DNA of 64,000 bases, from assembly GCA_944393225.1 (NCBI GenBank), contig CALXZK010000001.1:109522-173521 (forward strand). Reading direction: 5' to 3'. Origin of the DNA: an uncultured Alphaproteobacteria bacterium (GTDB lineage: Bacteria; Pseudomonadota; Alphaproteobacteria; RF32; CAG-239). Shown here piece after piece: positions 44,487 through 53,385 of the stretch. The stretch's first letter is position 1, and each line of letters starts with the position of its first letter. The notes under the pieces were generated by a model that was given only the letters and a program-made list of their open reading frames with translations, was not told the origin of the DNA and searched no databases. The position numbers and the translations under genes are program-made.

Positions 44487-44922
44487 TTTATAGTATGCAA
44501 AACTTATTTCCAATCGCAATCTAATTACGATAAACATGACCACTTTCACAAGTGTATATGATTAAGAAGTTGCTTCTTTTCAAATAAAGAGCGGCTTTCA
44601 CAAGCGGCTCTTTAATGTTTCACTGCATTTTACACATATCGTTTATTATGGCCGAAACAAACTGACTGCAATGAAACATTTTATATGAAGATTTGCATTA
44701 TCTCATAAAAAAAGGGGAAGAAAGCTGTTGACTGTCCAAATAATATATGCCGTCCAATTTAACCGTTTTTCACAAAACAGTGTCCACTGAGCATATATGA
44801 ACTAAATTTTAAGCTATGGAAAAGAAAAATTCGAACAGACCAAGCCGCAATTCTTTCCCCCTAAAAAAATATATTTATGGAAAAAAACAAAAAAATTCCT
44901 ATAAAAATTAAAATTCGTGCCT

Positions 44923-44950
44923 TGTATAGCACAATTTTTTTTATTGTCAA
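44923..44950 (-). promoter_or_regulatory. sigma70-type promoter firing into the ORF-free gap (minus strand)
   Basis: TTGACA (44950-44945) N16 TATACA (44928-44923). It shares the 15-nt string gacaataaaaaaaat with the tRNA-Phe promoter (7483-7497). Confidence 0.55.
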
Positions 44951-44971
44951 CTTTTTTTTGTAAAAAATTGT

Positions 44972-46081
44972 CTAATTTTTTTGAGGGTACCAAATTTCGC
45001 CGCCAACCAAGGGTTCGCGAACACCGGTTGTTGTCGGGAAACTAATCGGTAGGCAATATAATCTGCGGGCAGCCAAGAAGGCTGTGGCTTGGGCTTCCAT
45101 TGTATCGGCGCGCCAACCTAATTGTCCTACGGGAATGACTTCAACATCGGGTAATTTAGTTCTTAAAAAGCGCATCAATGTCGGATTTTTAGCACCACCG
45201 CCACACACAATCAACTGTGACGGTCGGCTGGGAAAATATAACGCCATGGAATAAGCAATTGCTTCAACCACAAATTCGGTTACGGTGGCGGCTCCGTCAG
45301 CCAAACTCAATCCTTCAAGGTGTTCAAGCTTGTCCTTAAATAAATTTCTATCTAATGACTTTGGCGGATATTGCGCAAAAAATTTGTGCCGCATTAAGTT
45401 TACCAAAACTTTATCATTGACCTTACCGCTTATGGCTAACTTACCATCATAGTCCATGTGCAAACCGGCATGATAGAAAACCCAATCATTGATTTGGGCA
45501 TTTCCCGGTCCGGCATCAAAAGCCATCAACTCGCCGTTATCTCCAACCCATGTTAAATTGGATACCGCGCCGATATGCGCAATACCGACCGGCTTTTTAA
45601 AATTATTCACCAACGAAGCATAATAAACCGGAACAAGAGGTCCGCCCTGCCCGCCGGAAAGCAAATCGGCCTGAACAAAGTGATTGACGACTTTGATACC
45701 GGTCAAATTTGCCAGTAGCTCTCCATCTCCCATTTGATAGGTGAAATGTTGCGCGGGATTGTGATATAAAGTATGTCCGTGAAAACCAATGACATCTACC
45801 TTGCCATCGGCAAAATCTATCATCTCTTGTGCCACAGCGACATGAGCTCTGGTTAATTTATCTTCCAAAGTTTGAAATTCTTCTGCCAAGCTTGCCGTTT
45901 CGGGACGTTTGCTTGCCAAATTTTGCAAACGCTCTCTTATATCATCATCATAAGGTTCAACGCGACTGCGCTCTACTTCATAGACATCGACCCCGTCAGT
46001 TACAATCAACGCAGCGGCAATACCGTCTAAAGACGGACTGCTCATCAAACCTAATGCTCTTATTTTCTTTATTGTATCCAT
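44972..46081 (-). CDS. anmK: anhydro-N-acetylmuramic acid kinase
   Basis: 369 aa. GLMSSPSLDGIAAALI, MGDGELLANLTGIKVVNHF, GPGNAQINDW, CGGGAKNPTLM. Confidence 0.9.
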   Translation of the reverse strand: MDTIKKIRALGLMSSPSLDGIAAALIVTDGVDVYEVERSRVEPYDDDIRERLQNLASKRPETASLAEEFQTLEDKLTRAHVAVAQEMIDFADGKVDVIGFHGHTLYHNPAQHFTYQMGDGELLANLTGIKVVNHFVQADLLSGGQGGPLVPVYYASLVNNFKKPVGIAHIGAVSNLTWVGDNGELMAFDAGPGNAQINDWVFYHAGLHMDYDGKLAISGKVNDKVLVNLMRHKFFAQYPPKSLDRNLFKDKLEHLEGLSLADGAATVTEFVVEAIAYSMALYFPSRPSQLIVCGGGAKNPTLMRFLRTKLPDVEVIPVGQLGWRADTMEAQATAFLAARRLYCLPISFPTTTGVREPLVGGEIWYPQKN

Positions 46082-46160
46082 AAATTTACCGAATCTGTTG
46101 CACTATAATAATTATATGCTAATATGCGTTAAAAATCTATTATAAATAAGGAAAGGAAAA

Positions 46161-47411
46161 ATGACACAATTTAAATCTCAATTTGTTAACCTGATGGTTG
46201 AACGCGGCTTTTACAATCAATGCACAAACGAATTCGGCTTTGATGAATATTTGTACGAATGCGAAAAAAGCGGAACACCAGCCGTAGGTTATCTGGGATC
46301 TGACCCGACGGGAGATAGCTTGCACGTTGGTCATATTGTGCCTTTGATGATGATGCGCTGGTTCCAAAAATGCGGTCACAAGCCTTTGACTTTGGTCGGC
46401 GGGGCTACGGCGCGAATCGGTGACCCTTCCGGTAAAGATAAGTTGCGCCCGTTTCTTTCCGAAGAAACTTTGGCCCACAATATTGAAGGTTTGAAAAAAT
46501 CTTTCTCCAAATTTTTGAAATTCGGCGACGGTAAAAATGATGCTGTAATGGTCGATAACTGGGATTGGTTCAAAGATATTAACTACCTTGCCTTCTTGCG
46601 CGATATTGGTACTTACTACTCTGTAAACCGCATGTTGACCATGGATAGCGTTAAATCTCGTTTGGATAGAGAACAACCTATGTCCTTTTTAGAGTTCAAC
46701 TATATGCTCTTGCAAGGTTATGACTTCTGTGAACTCTACCAAAAATATGGTTGCCGTGCGCAAATTGCCGGTTCTGACCAATGGGGTAACATCACTTCCG
46801 GTACCGAACTCGGTCGCCGTAAATACGATGTTGAGCTTTTTGGCTTTACCAGCCCGATTATCACCGACTCAAACGGCAAAAAAATGGGTAAATCCGAAGG
46901 TAATGCGGTTTGGATTAATGAAGAAAAACTCCCCTCTTACGACTACTACCAATATTTTCGTAATATCGGTGATGCCGAAGTGGGTAAATGCTTGAGAATC
47001 TACACCGATTTACCGATGGACGAAATCAGACGTCTTGAAGCTCTCAAAGACAAAGAAATCAACGAAGCTAAAAAGATTTTGGCTTATGAAGCAACCAAAA
47101 TCTGCCGCGGAATTGATGAAGCTAATGCTGCTCAAGAAACTGCCGTTAAGCTTTTTGAACAAGGCTCTGCCGGCGGTGAATTGCCCAGCATTTCCGTTAA
47201 CGGAGATATTTCGGTTCTTGATGCCTTTTTGCAAATCGGCTTTGTGGCAAGTAAGAGCGAAGCTCGCCGTTTGATTAAACAAGGTGGCTTGAAGCTCAAT
47301 GATGCCACTGTTACCGATGAAAATTATGTCATTAAAGCAACTGATTATATCAACGGCGAAGTTAAGCTCTCGCAAGGCAAAAAGAAACACGGTTTGCTCA
47401 AATCGGCTTAG
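46161..47411 (+). CDS. tyrS: tyrosine--tRNA ligase
   Basis: HVGH (HIGH), KMGKS (KMSKS), GSDQWGNI, and a C-terminal S4 domain (SKSEARRLIKQGGLKLN). Confidence 0.95.
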   Translation: MTQFKSQFVNLMVERGFYNQCTNEFGFDEYLYECEKSGTPAVGYLGSDPTGDSLHVGHIVPLMMMRWFQKCGHKPLTLVGGATARIGDPSGKDKLRPFLSEETLAHNIEGLKKSFSKFLKFGDGKNDAVMVDNWDWFKDINYLAFLRDIGTYYSVNRMLTMDSVKSRLDREQPMSFLEFNYMLLQGYDFCELYQKYGCRAQIAGSDQWGNITSGTELGRRKYDVELFGFTSPIITDSNGKKMGKSEGNAVWINEEKLPSYDYYQYFRNIGDAEVGKCLRIYTDLPMDEIRRLEALKDKEINEAKKILAYEATKICRGIDEANAAQETAVKLFEQGSAGGELPSISVNGDISVLDAFLQIGFVASKSEARRLIKQGGLKLNDATVTDENYVIKATDYINGEVKLSQGKKKHGLLKSA

Positions 47412-47427
47412 TTTAATATTTTTTCAG

Positions 47428-47455
47428 AAAGGTCGGAACTTTCCGACCTTTTTTT
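47428..47455 (+). terminator. terminator after tyrS
   Basis: Stem aaggtcggaa/ttccgacctt followed by a T-run. Confidence 0.9.
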
Positions 47456-47527
47456 GTGTTTACATCAAGCCGGTTTTGGGGTATATTCTTTCTCAAGAAA
47501 ATTATAACTATTAAAATTATTATAAAA

Positions 47528-48232
47528 ATGAAAATTGTAGACATTATTGACCGTATTGTAGTTCGAAACGGTCAGGTGGTATTGTTTCTACCCAACGGCT
47601 TTGAAGTTAATCTTGATTTGGATTTTACTCACGGTATTAGCAGCGGTATGAGCATTGAGGCTGAGTTTTGTCAGACCTTGATTTTGAAACTCATCATCGA
47701 CGGGAAAGTGATTTTTGCCAAGAAAAAAGAAGAGCTTTTGCCTGAGATGGAAATATTACAAAAAAGGCTCACCATCGAAGCAGAAGATGAGAAACGCACC
47801 GAAATCAATTTGGAATCTTCGCGCAGGTTAAAAAAACTTTTGCCGCTTTTCAGAATGAGGATAAATGTTCTTATAGCAAACAACAAAAGTTTTATGCAGC
47901 CCAAAGATTGGATAAAAGAACTGAAATCTGCCGAAGCTCTGCAGAATGTGTATTTGTATTTCAAAGAACAAGGCCTTCTTGAAAAATGTACATTCCTCGG
48001 GTCCGGCATGCTACAAAAACTCTATCCTGACTATGGAAAGTTAGATAAAGCTACGGCACAAAATGTCTTTATGCTTTTTAACGCATTGCTGCAAGATTTG
48101 GCTAACGGCATTAATCCGGAAGATGAAGCTTCGGTCAATGAAAACATTTTAACATCACGACTGTTAAAAGTGCCAAATGTAATCGGAGAAGAAGTTCGCG
48201 TGATGGATTTGGTAGCTGTTGCCGAAATTTAA
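47528..48232 (+). CDS. hypothetical protein (234 aa)
   Basis: Start moved to ATG 47528 (MKIVDIIDR), because the track's GTG at 47456 lies within the tyrS terminator. No assignable domain. Confidence 0.55.
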   Translation: MKIVDIIDRIVVRNGQVVLFLPNGFEVNLDLDFTHGISSGMSIEAEFCQTLILKLIIDGKVIFAKKKEELLPEMEILQKRLTIEAEDEKRTEINLESSRRLKKLLPLFRMRINVLIANNKSFMQPKDWIKELKSAEALQNVYLYFKEQGLLEKCTFLGSGMLQKLYPDYGKLDKATAQNVFMLFNALLQDLANGINPEDEASVNENILTSRLLKVPNVIGEEVRVMDLVAVAEI

Positions 48233-48240
48233 CTTATTCA

Positions 48241-48278
48241 AAATCCTTTTCCTTAAACTCTGAGGAAAAGGATTTTTT
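48241..48278 (+). terminator. Rho-independent terminator
   Basis: 12-bp stem aaatccttttcc/ggaaaaggattt followed by a T-run. Confidence 0.85.
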
Positions 48279-48351
48279 GTTGTCAAAATGCTTGATATTT
48301 TGCTGCAACAATCTTAAATTTATAGAAGTGATTTTATGAAAGGATTGTAAG

Positions 48352-48804
48352 ATGCAAGATAATTTGCCTGAACTGCGCGATATTCATCTTCCCGACGGGG
48401 TATCTGCCTTTCCGATTGCCAACGGTTGGTGGCTCAGCCTTGCCGGAATCGTCCTTTTAGTTTTACTCATACAATTTATTCTTTATCTCAGACGCTATAG
48501 CAAAGCGCGCTATGCCTTAAAGCTCTTAAAAGAAATTTCTGCCGAAAATGTGGTCGAGGCTGCCAAAGAAATGTCAGAAATTTTAAGACGAATCTGCGTA
48601 TTCAAATATAAAGAAGCAGCTGCCCTTCTTGGTAAGGATTGGATTGAATTTCTGAACCAAAACAGCAAAACACCAATTGAAGGCAAAACTGCCGAACTTT
48701 TAATCAATGCGCCTTATATTCCTAAAGAAAGCAGCACGTATACCAATGATGATTTGGAAGATTTGCGCCGCTTCTGCCAAAAATGGATAGGAGAAAATCT
48801 GTGA
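48352..48804 (+). CDS. DUF4381-like membrane protein (first gene of Bat-type cluster)
   Basis: LRDIHLPDGVSAFPIANGWWL, then a TM helix. This is the typical N-terminus and position of DUF4381 upstream of batA. Confidence 0.65.
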   Translation: MQDNLPELRDIHLPDGVSAFPIANGWWLSLAGIVLLVLLIQFILYLRRYSKARYALKLLKEISAENVVEAAKEMSEILRRICVFKYKEAAALLGKDWIEFLNQNSKTPIEGKTAELLINAPYIPKESSTYTNDDLEDLRRFCQKWIGENL

Positions 48805-49805
48805 ACCATTTTGCTTTTCCTTCCGCCGTTTTTTTACTCATTTTACCGCTTATCTTTCGCTATATTCTGCCTGCCGTAAAAGGTTTGCACGGCGATGCGT
48901 TGAAAATTCCTTTTATTGAAGATTTGCAAAAGATTGCCGTTAAATCGGGTGGAATTTGGGGAGCTCAGCTTGGTAAAAAGACTTCTGCTTTGGGCTTGTG
49001 GGGACTTTATCTGATTTACCTTCTTTTAGTGATTGCCGCGGCACGCCCGCAATGGGTGAGCGAACCTATTCCGATGCGCTCGGAAAGCCGCGATATTATG
49101 CTGATTATGGATATTTCAAACTCCATGCTTGAACCCGATTTTGCCATCGGTAATCGACGCATCAATCGTCTTTCTGCCGTGAAGAAAACAGCATCAGACT
49201 TTATTGATAAACGCACAGATGACCGCATCGGCTTGATTTTGTTCGGAACGCAAGCCTATTTGCAAGCCCCGCTCACATACGACAAAAAATCAGTACAAGA
49301 TATTCTCTGGTCAATGGATGCCGGTATGGCCGGAAACTCTACCTCTATCGGCGACGCTATCGGCTTGGCTCTGAAAAATATTAAAGATGATGACAAAAAA
49401 GAAAAAATTTTGGTACTTTTGACTGACGGCGAAAATAATGACGGCTCACTTTCTATGCCGGAAGCCATCAATTTGGCAAAAAATGAAAATGTGAAAATTT
49501 ATACTATCGGTGTGGGCGCAGAAGCCTCTTTTATTGACTCGTTTTTCGGTATGCAAATCGGATTTAATAACAGCGGACTTGATGAAGCCAGCCTAAAACA
49601 ACTGGCGCAAGATACACAAGGCAGATATTTTCGTGCCAAAGACACACAATCTTTGCAGCAGATTTATAATGCCATCGATAAGCTTGAACCTACCGAAAAT
49701 AATGAGCAATTCAGCGTGGAAACGAAAGAGCTTTTCTATATTCCTTTGTTGCTCGCCGCCATACTTGCCTTTATCATGTTTTTAAGAGGACCAAAAAAAT
49801 GGTAG
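48801..49805 (+). CDS. batA: VWA-domain membrane protein BatA
   Basis: GTG start overlapping the upstream stop (GTGA), with an AGGAG RBS. N-terminal TM helices, MIDAS DISNS, VLLTDGENNDG, and a C-terminal TM helix. Confidence 0.8.
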   Translation: MNHFAFPSAVFLLILPLIFRYILPAVKGLHGDALKIPFIEDLQKIAVKSGGIWGAQLGKKTSALGLWGLYLIYLLLVIAAARPQWVSEPIPMRSESRDIMLIMDISNSMLEPDFAIGNRRINRLSAVKKTASDFIDKRTDDRIGLILFGTQAYLQAPLTYDKKSVQDILWSMDAGMAGNSTSIGDAIGLALKNIKDDDKKEKILVLLTDGENNDGSLSMPEAINLAKNENVKIYTIGVGAEASFIDSFFGMQIGFNNSGLDEASLKQLAQDTQGRYFRAKDTQSLQQIYNAIDKLEPTENNEQFSVETKELFYIPLLLAAILAFIMFLRGPKKW

Positions 49806-51568
49806 AAGAACTTTTGCATAATTTTCATTTTTTACGTCCGTGGCTTTTATTGCTTCTTTTGTTGCCATTTTTGTTTTTGTTGCACTTTTTTAGGAGCATG
49901 CAAAATGCTTCTTCGTGGGAAAATGTTTGCGACAAAAAGCTTTTGAACTATTTGCTCATCAAAGGCTCTTCTTCCACCCGCAAATTGTTTGGTTGTCTTT
50001 TTCTCACCGCTTTGAACTTTGCTATTTTTGCCGCTGCCGGTCCAACATGGGAAAAGCGTCCGATACCCACACTTGTGCCGGAAAATCCGGTTATGATTTT
50101 GCTTAATCTTTCTTCGGATATGAAAGTTTCTGACTTGCAGCCCAATCGCTTAAATCGAGCTAAATTTAAGATTACGGATTTGCTCAACTCTTTAGCATCT
50201 GCTCAAAGCGGTTTGATTGTTTACAGCCAAGAACCTTTTCTCATCACGCCTATCAGCGATGATACGGACTTGATTAAAAATCTGCTGCCTGCCGTTAATT
50301 TTGATATTATGCCGACAAACGGCGACAGGCTTGACCGCGCGATAGAACTGGCTATGGAAAAACTTAAAAACGGCGGTTACCAAGAAGGGAATATCATCAT
50401 CTTCTCGGCTGATGTCGGTGAACGCTTTGACAAGGCTCTGGAAACTGCCAAAAATGCGGCAGCACAAAAATATAAAGTCAGTGTTATTCAAACATCTGCC
50501 GAAATGAACGAAAAGCTCAAATTGATTGCGCGTTACGGACAAGGATATTATCATCTGCTTGCCAATAACGATCAAGATATTGCCGGCTTAGATAAGTTTA
50601 TCAATCAAAATATTTCCGAACTCAAACAAAGTGAAAATGAACAATCTACTTGGCTTGACATGGGATATTATCTCTGTTTTGTTCCGCTTGTTTGTTGTTT
50701 GTTTTTCTTCCGCCGCGGCATTTTTGTTTTAGTTCCGGCTCTGTTTTTTGCGACTTCGGCTCATGCCGGTTGGTTCTTGAACAACAATCAGGAAGGTTTG
50801 AAAGCCTTTAATCAAGGTGATTTTCAAACTGCGGCTGATAAATTTGAAGCTTCCGATTGGAAAGGCGCTGCCGAATATCGTTTGGGAAACTATGAGAAAG
50901 CCGCCAAAATTTATGCCGGAAAACAAGATGAAACCTCGCTTTATAATCTGGGAAATGCTCTCGCCAAAGGCGGTAAGATTGAAGAGGCTATCAAAAAATA
51001 TGAAGAGGTTTTAAAACTTAACCCGAAGCATGAAGATGCTAAGTTCAATCTGGAATATTTGAAAAAGCAACAAGAGCAACAACAAAATCAGCAAAATCAA
51101 GATAAACAACAGCAACAACAGAACCAAGAGCAAGAGAATCAGCAACAAGGCGACCCATCGCAAGCTGATGATAACCAATCCGATAACAATGCCGGAGAAA
51201 ATCCGAACCCACAAAATCAGCAAGGCGACAATAATCAAAGTTCTGAGCCGCAACAAAATAATGAAGGAAATGAAGATAAGTCTTCCGCACAAAATCAAGA
51301 TTCTCAGGGAAATTCCGAGCAAAATCAAGAAAAGCAGCAAGATTTGGCTTCACAAGATGAAGTTTCTTCTGAACAGCAAGAAGATGAAAACAAGCAAGAT
51401 GAGCAAACCGGCGGCAGTGTCAATAAACAAGGCGATGACCAAGAAAAATATGATGAAATGCGTCAGGCAAAAGTTCAGCAGTTAAGACAAATTCCAGAAA
51501 ACCCGGGAGGGTTGCTCAAAGCTTTTATTGCCAAAGAATATCGCCTCAATCGTTATGGAGATGACTAA
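49799..51568 (+). CDS. BatB/BatC-like VWA + TPR fusion protein with Gln/Asn/Asp-rich tail
   Basis: N-terminal TM helices. VWA-like domain with a degenerate MIDAS (NLSSD). TPR repeats (YRLGNYEKAAKIY, YNLGNALAKGGKIEEAIKKYEEVLKLNP). Q/N/E low-complexity region, then IPENPGGLLKAFIAKEY. Confidence 0.7.
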   Translation: MVEELLHNFHFLRPWLLLLLLLPFLFLLHFFRSMQNASSWENVCDKKLLNYLLIKGSSSTRKLFGCLFLTALNFAIFAAAGPTWEKRPIPTLVPENPVMILLNLSSDMKVSDLQPNRLNRAKFKITDLLNSLASAQSGLIVYSQEPFLITPISDDTDLIKNLLPAVNFDIMPTNGDRLDRAIELAMEKLKNGGYQEGNIIIFSADVGERFDKALETAKNAAAQKYKVSVIQTSAEMNEKLKLIARYGQGYYHLLANNDQDIAGLDKFINQNISELKQSENEQSTWLDMGYYLCFVPLVCCLFFFRRGIFVLVPALFFATSAHAGWFLNNNQEGLKAFNQGDFQTAADKFEASDWKGAAEYRLGNYEKAAKIYAGKQDETSLYNLGNALAKGGKIEEAIKKYEEVLKLNPKHEDAKFNLEYLKKQQEQQQNQQNQDKQQQQQNQEQENQQQGDPSQADDNQSDNNAGENPNPQNQQGDNNQSSEPQQNNEGNEDKSSAQNQDSQGNSEQNQEKQQDLASQDEVSSEQQEDENKQDEQTGGSVNKQGDDQEKYDEMRQAKVQQLRQIPENPGGLLKAFIAKEYRLNRYGDD

Positions 51569-51569
51569 G

Positions 51570-53339
51570 ATGAAAAAAATTATCGCTTTATTGTCTTTTG
51601 TATTGGCTTTGAACATGACAAATGTTCAAGCGCAGACAACATCAATTTCGACAAGTGTTGACAAGACACAAGTGCCGCTCGGACAAAGTTTGAATTTGGA
51701 AATTAATTACAGCAATTCACAACCGCCACAAGCCGACCTTACCGAACTACGCCAAGATTTTGATGTTGTCGGTGTGATGGAAAGCACCAATATCAATATC
51801 ATTAACGGGCAACATAATATGGAATATGTCCGTAAATTTAAGATTATTCCAAAACGCGAAGGCGATTTGACCATTCCGGCATTTACCGATAAGCAAGGCA
51901 ACAAATCCGCACCCATCACGATTAAAGTTTTGGCGGCCGATGCTGTCGTTTCTGCTCCGGCAAATGCAAACGCTTCCGCACCGGTGCAAAATGAACCTCA
52001 ATTTTCCATGCGCGGGAGAATTAACAACAATAATCCTTATGTGCAACAAGAGATAATTTACACTCTTTCTTTACTTGACAGCGGCGGCTTGCAAGGTCGT
52101 GAACCGGTGTTTGAGCTCAACAACAAAGATTGGGTTATCCGTTCCATCGGCACGCCGGATATTAACCCCTTGGTGGTCAAAGGTAAAAAGATGCGCGAGA
52201 TTACCTTCAAATATGCCATGTTTCCGCAGAGAAGCGGCAAGCTCACCGTTCCTGCCGCACGTTTTGAAGGCTATACTCTTTCTCGCCCCAAAAAGAGAAT
52301 TGATCCTTTTGCCGATTTGTTCGGCGATGATTTGAGCGCCACTCTGGGCTTTACTTTTGCTGAGCAAAATCCGGTTATTCTGCGATCCAAACCGATTGAA
52401 GTTGATGTAAAACCCATTCCAGCTGCCAATAACGGCAACTGGTGGCTACCGGCACAAGACGTGATGCTTGCCGACAAGTGGGAACCGGATACAACGCAAT
52501 TTAAGGTTGGAGAAGCCATTCACCGCACGGTTTATCTGAAAGCCGACGGCGTGTTGGATAATCAACTGCCGGAATTGCAATTTGCTCCCGTTAACGGCAT
52601 AAAACAATACCCCGAAAAACCGGCAACCGAAATGTCTGCCGACAAAGGGCGCGTGGTTTCAATTATGAAATTGTCTAATGTTTATATTCCGTCACAAGCC
52701 GGAAAAATCACCATTCCCGAAATGAAGGTAAATTGGTTTGACATTAACGAGCAAAAGATTAAAACGGCAACACTTCCGGCAAAAGAAATAAACATCATCG
52801 GAACAAGTGTTGCTACAGAGCCGAACATCTCCGCAGCCCCAGAAACTATAGCGAAAGAACCGCAAGTTTTGCCGCAAGGAATTGAGGCACCGACAGTGCC
52901 TACTCCGGTTGCTTCCGAACCCAAAATTTCTGACTTGCATTTATTATTGATTGCGCTCGGAGCTTTTGTTTTGGGGATTTTGTTGACCGTTCTTTTGATG
53001 AGAAAAACAAGTGCCCCGAAAGAGCATGGGCTAAAACATTGGCACAAGCAAGTGATTGCTCATGCCAAAAATCGCGATTTTCGCGGTCTTCGTGATGCTT
53101 TGTTGAACTGGGGAGCCGATAAATTTAATTGCGCCAAACTCAATAACTTCAGCGAGCTCAAAGACCTTGTCAAAGACAAAGCCTTTACTGAAGAATTGGA
53201 TAAACTCAATGCCCTGCTCTACACCGAAAATAATGTGGAATGGGATGCTAAAGAGTTTATCAAAATCTTTGAAGCCGTTGCGGCAAAATCTCGTAAAAAA
53301 GGAAAAGATGATAAGCTGTTGCCTAATCTTTACCAATAG
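51570..53339 (+). CDS. batD: BatD-like (oxygen-tolerance family) protein
   Basis: Signal peptide MKKIIALLSFVLALNMTNVQA (start trimmed from TTG 51528). Repeated beta-rich modules and a C-terminal TM helix (LLLIALGAFVLGILLTVLLM). Last gene of the Bat-type cluster. Confidence 0.7.
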   Translation: MKKIIALLSFVLALNMTNVQAQTTSISTSVDKTQVPLGQSLNLEINYSNSQPPQADLTELRQDFDVVGVMESTNINIINGQHNMEYVRKFKIIPKREGDLTIPAFTDKQGNKSAPITIKVLAADAVVSAPANANASAPVQNEPQFSMRGRINNNNPYVQQEIIYTLSLLDSGGLQGREPVFELNNKDWVIRSIGTPDINPLVVKGKKMREITFKYAMFPQRSGKLTVPAARFEGYTLSRPKKRIDPFADLFGDDLSATLGFTFAEQNPVILRSKPIEVDVKPIPAANNGNWWLPAQDVMLADKWEPDTTQFKVGEAIHRTVYLKADGVLDNQLPELQFAPVNGIKQYPEKPATEMSADKGRVVSIMKLSNVYIPSQAGKITIPEMKVNWFDINEQKIKTATLPAKEINIIGTSVATEPNISAAPETIAKEPQVLPQGIEAPTVPTPVASEPKISDLHLLLIALGAFVLGILLTVLLMRKTSAPKEHGLKHWHKQVIAHAKNRDFRGLRDALLNWGADKFNCAKLNNFSELKDLVKDKAFTEELDKLNALLYTENNVEWDAKEFIKIFEAVAAKSRKKGKDDKLLPNLYQ

Positions 53340-53347
53340 CACGGCAC

Positions 53348-53382
53348 AAAAAAACTCTTGCTTTTCGGCAAGAGTTTTTTTT
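53348..53382. terminator. bidirectional terminator between batD and the ABC exporter gene
   Basis: Stem aactcttgc/gcaagagtt, flanked by A and T runs. Confidence 0.85.
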
Positions 53383-53385
53383 GTT

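Noticed and set aside
44816-44911. 31-aa basic small ORF (MEKKNSNRPSRNSFPLKKYIYGKKQKNSYKN) on the plus strand of the gap.
   Set aside because: It has no RBS and a low-complexity A-rich sequence. It runs antisense to the promoter-terminator architecture that better explains the region.
44354-44971. The ORF-free gap could be RNase P RNA. GGGGAAGAAAG resembles the GAGGAAAGUCC P4 strand, ACAGACCAAGCCGCAA resembles ACAGAAnnCGGCUUA, and GUGAAAG resembles a P12-region motif.
   Set aside because: The look-alike motifs are on inconsistent strands and in inconsistent orders. The putative P4 strands do not pair with each other. The closed domain is only ~150 nt. No GGUAA/AGAUGAAUG-type conserved regions appear in the right positions.
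51011-51353. ORFs on the opposite strand or in alternate frames of the Q/N-rich tract (51011-51340, 51045-51353, 51168-51485).
   Set aside because: They are artefacts of the CAA/CAG/AAT low-complexity coding repeat within the BatB-like gene.
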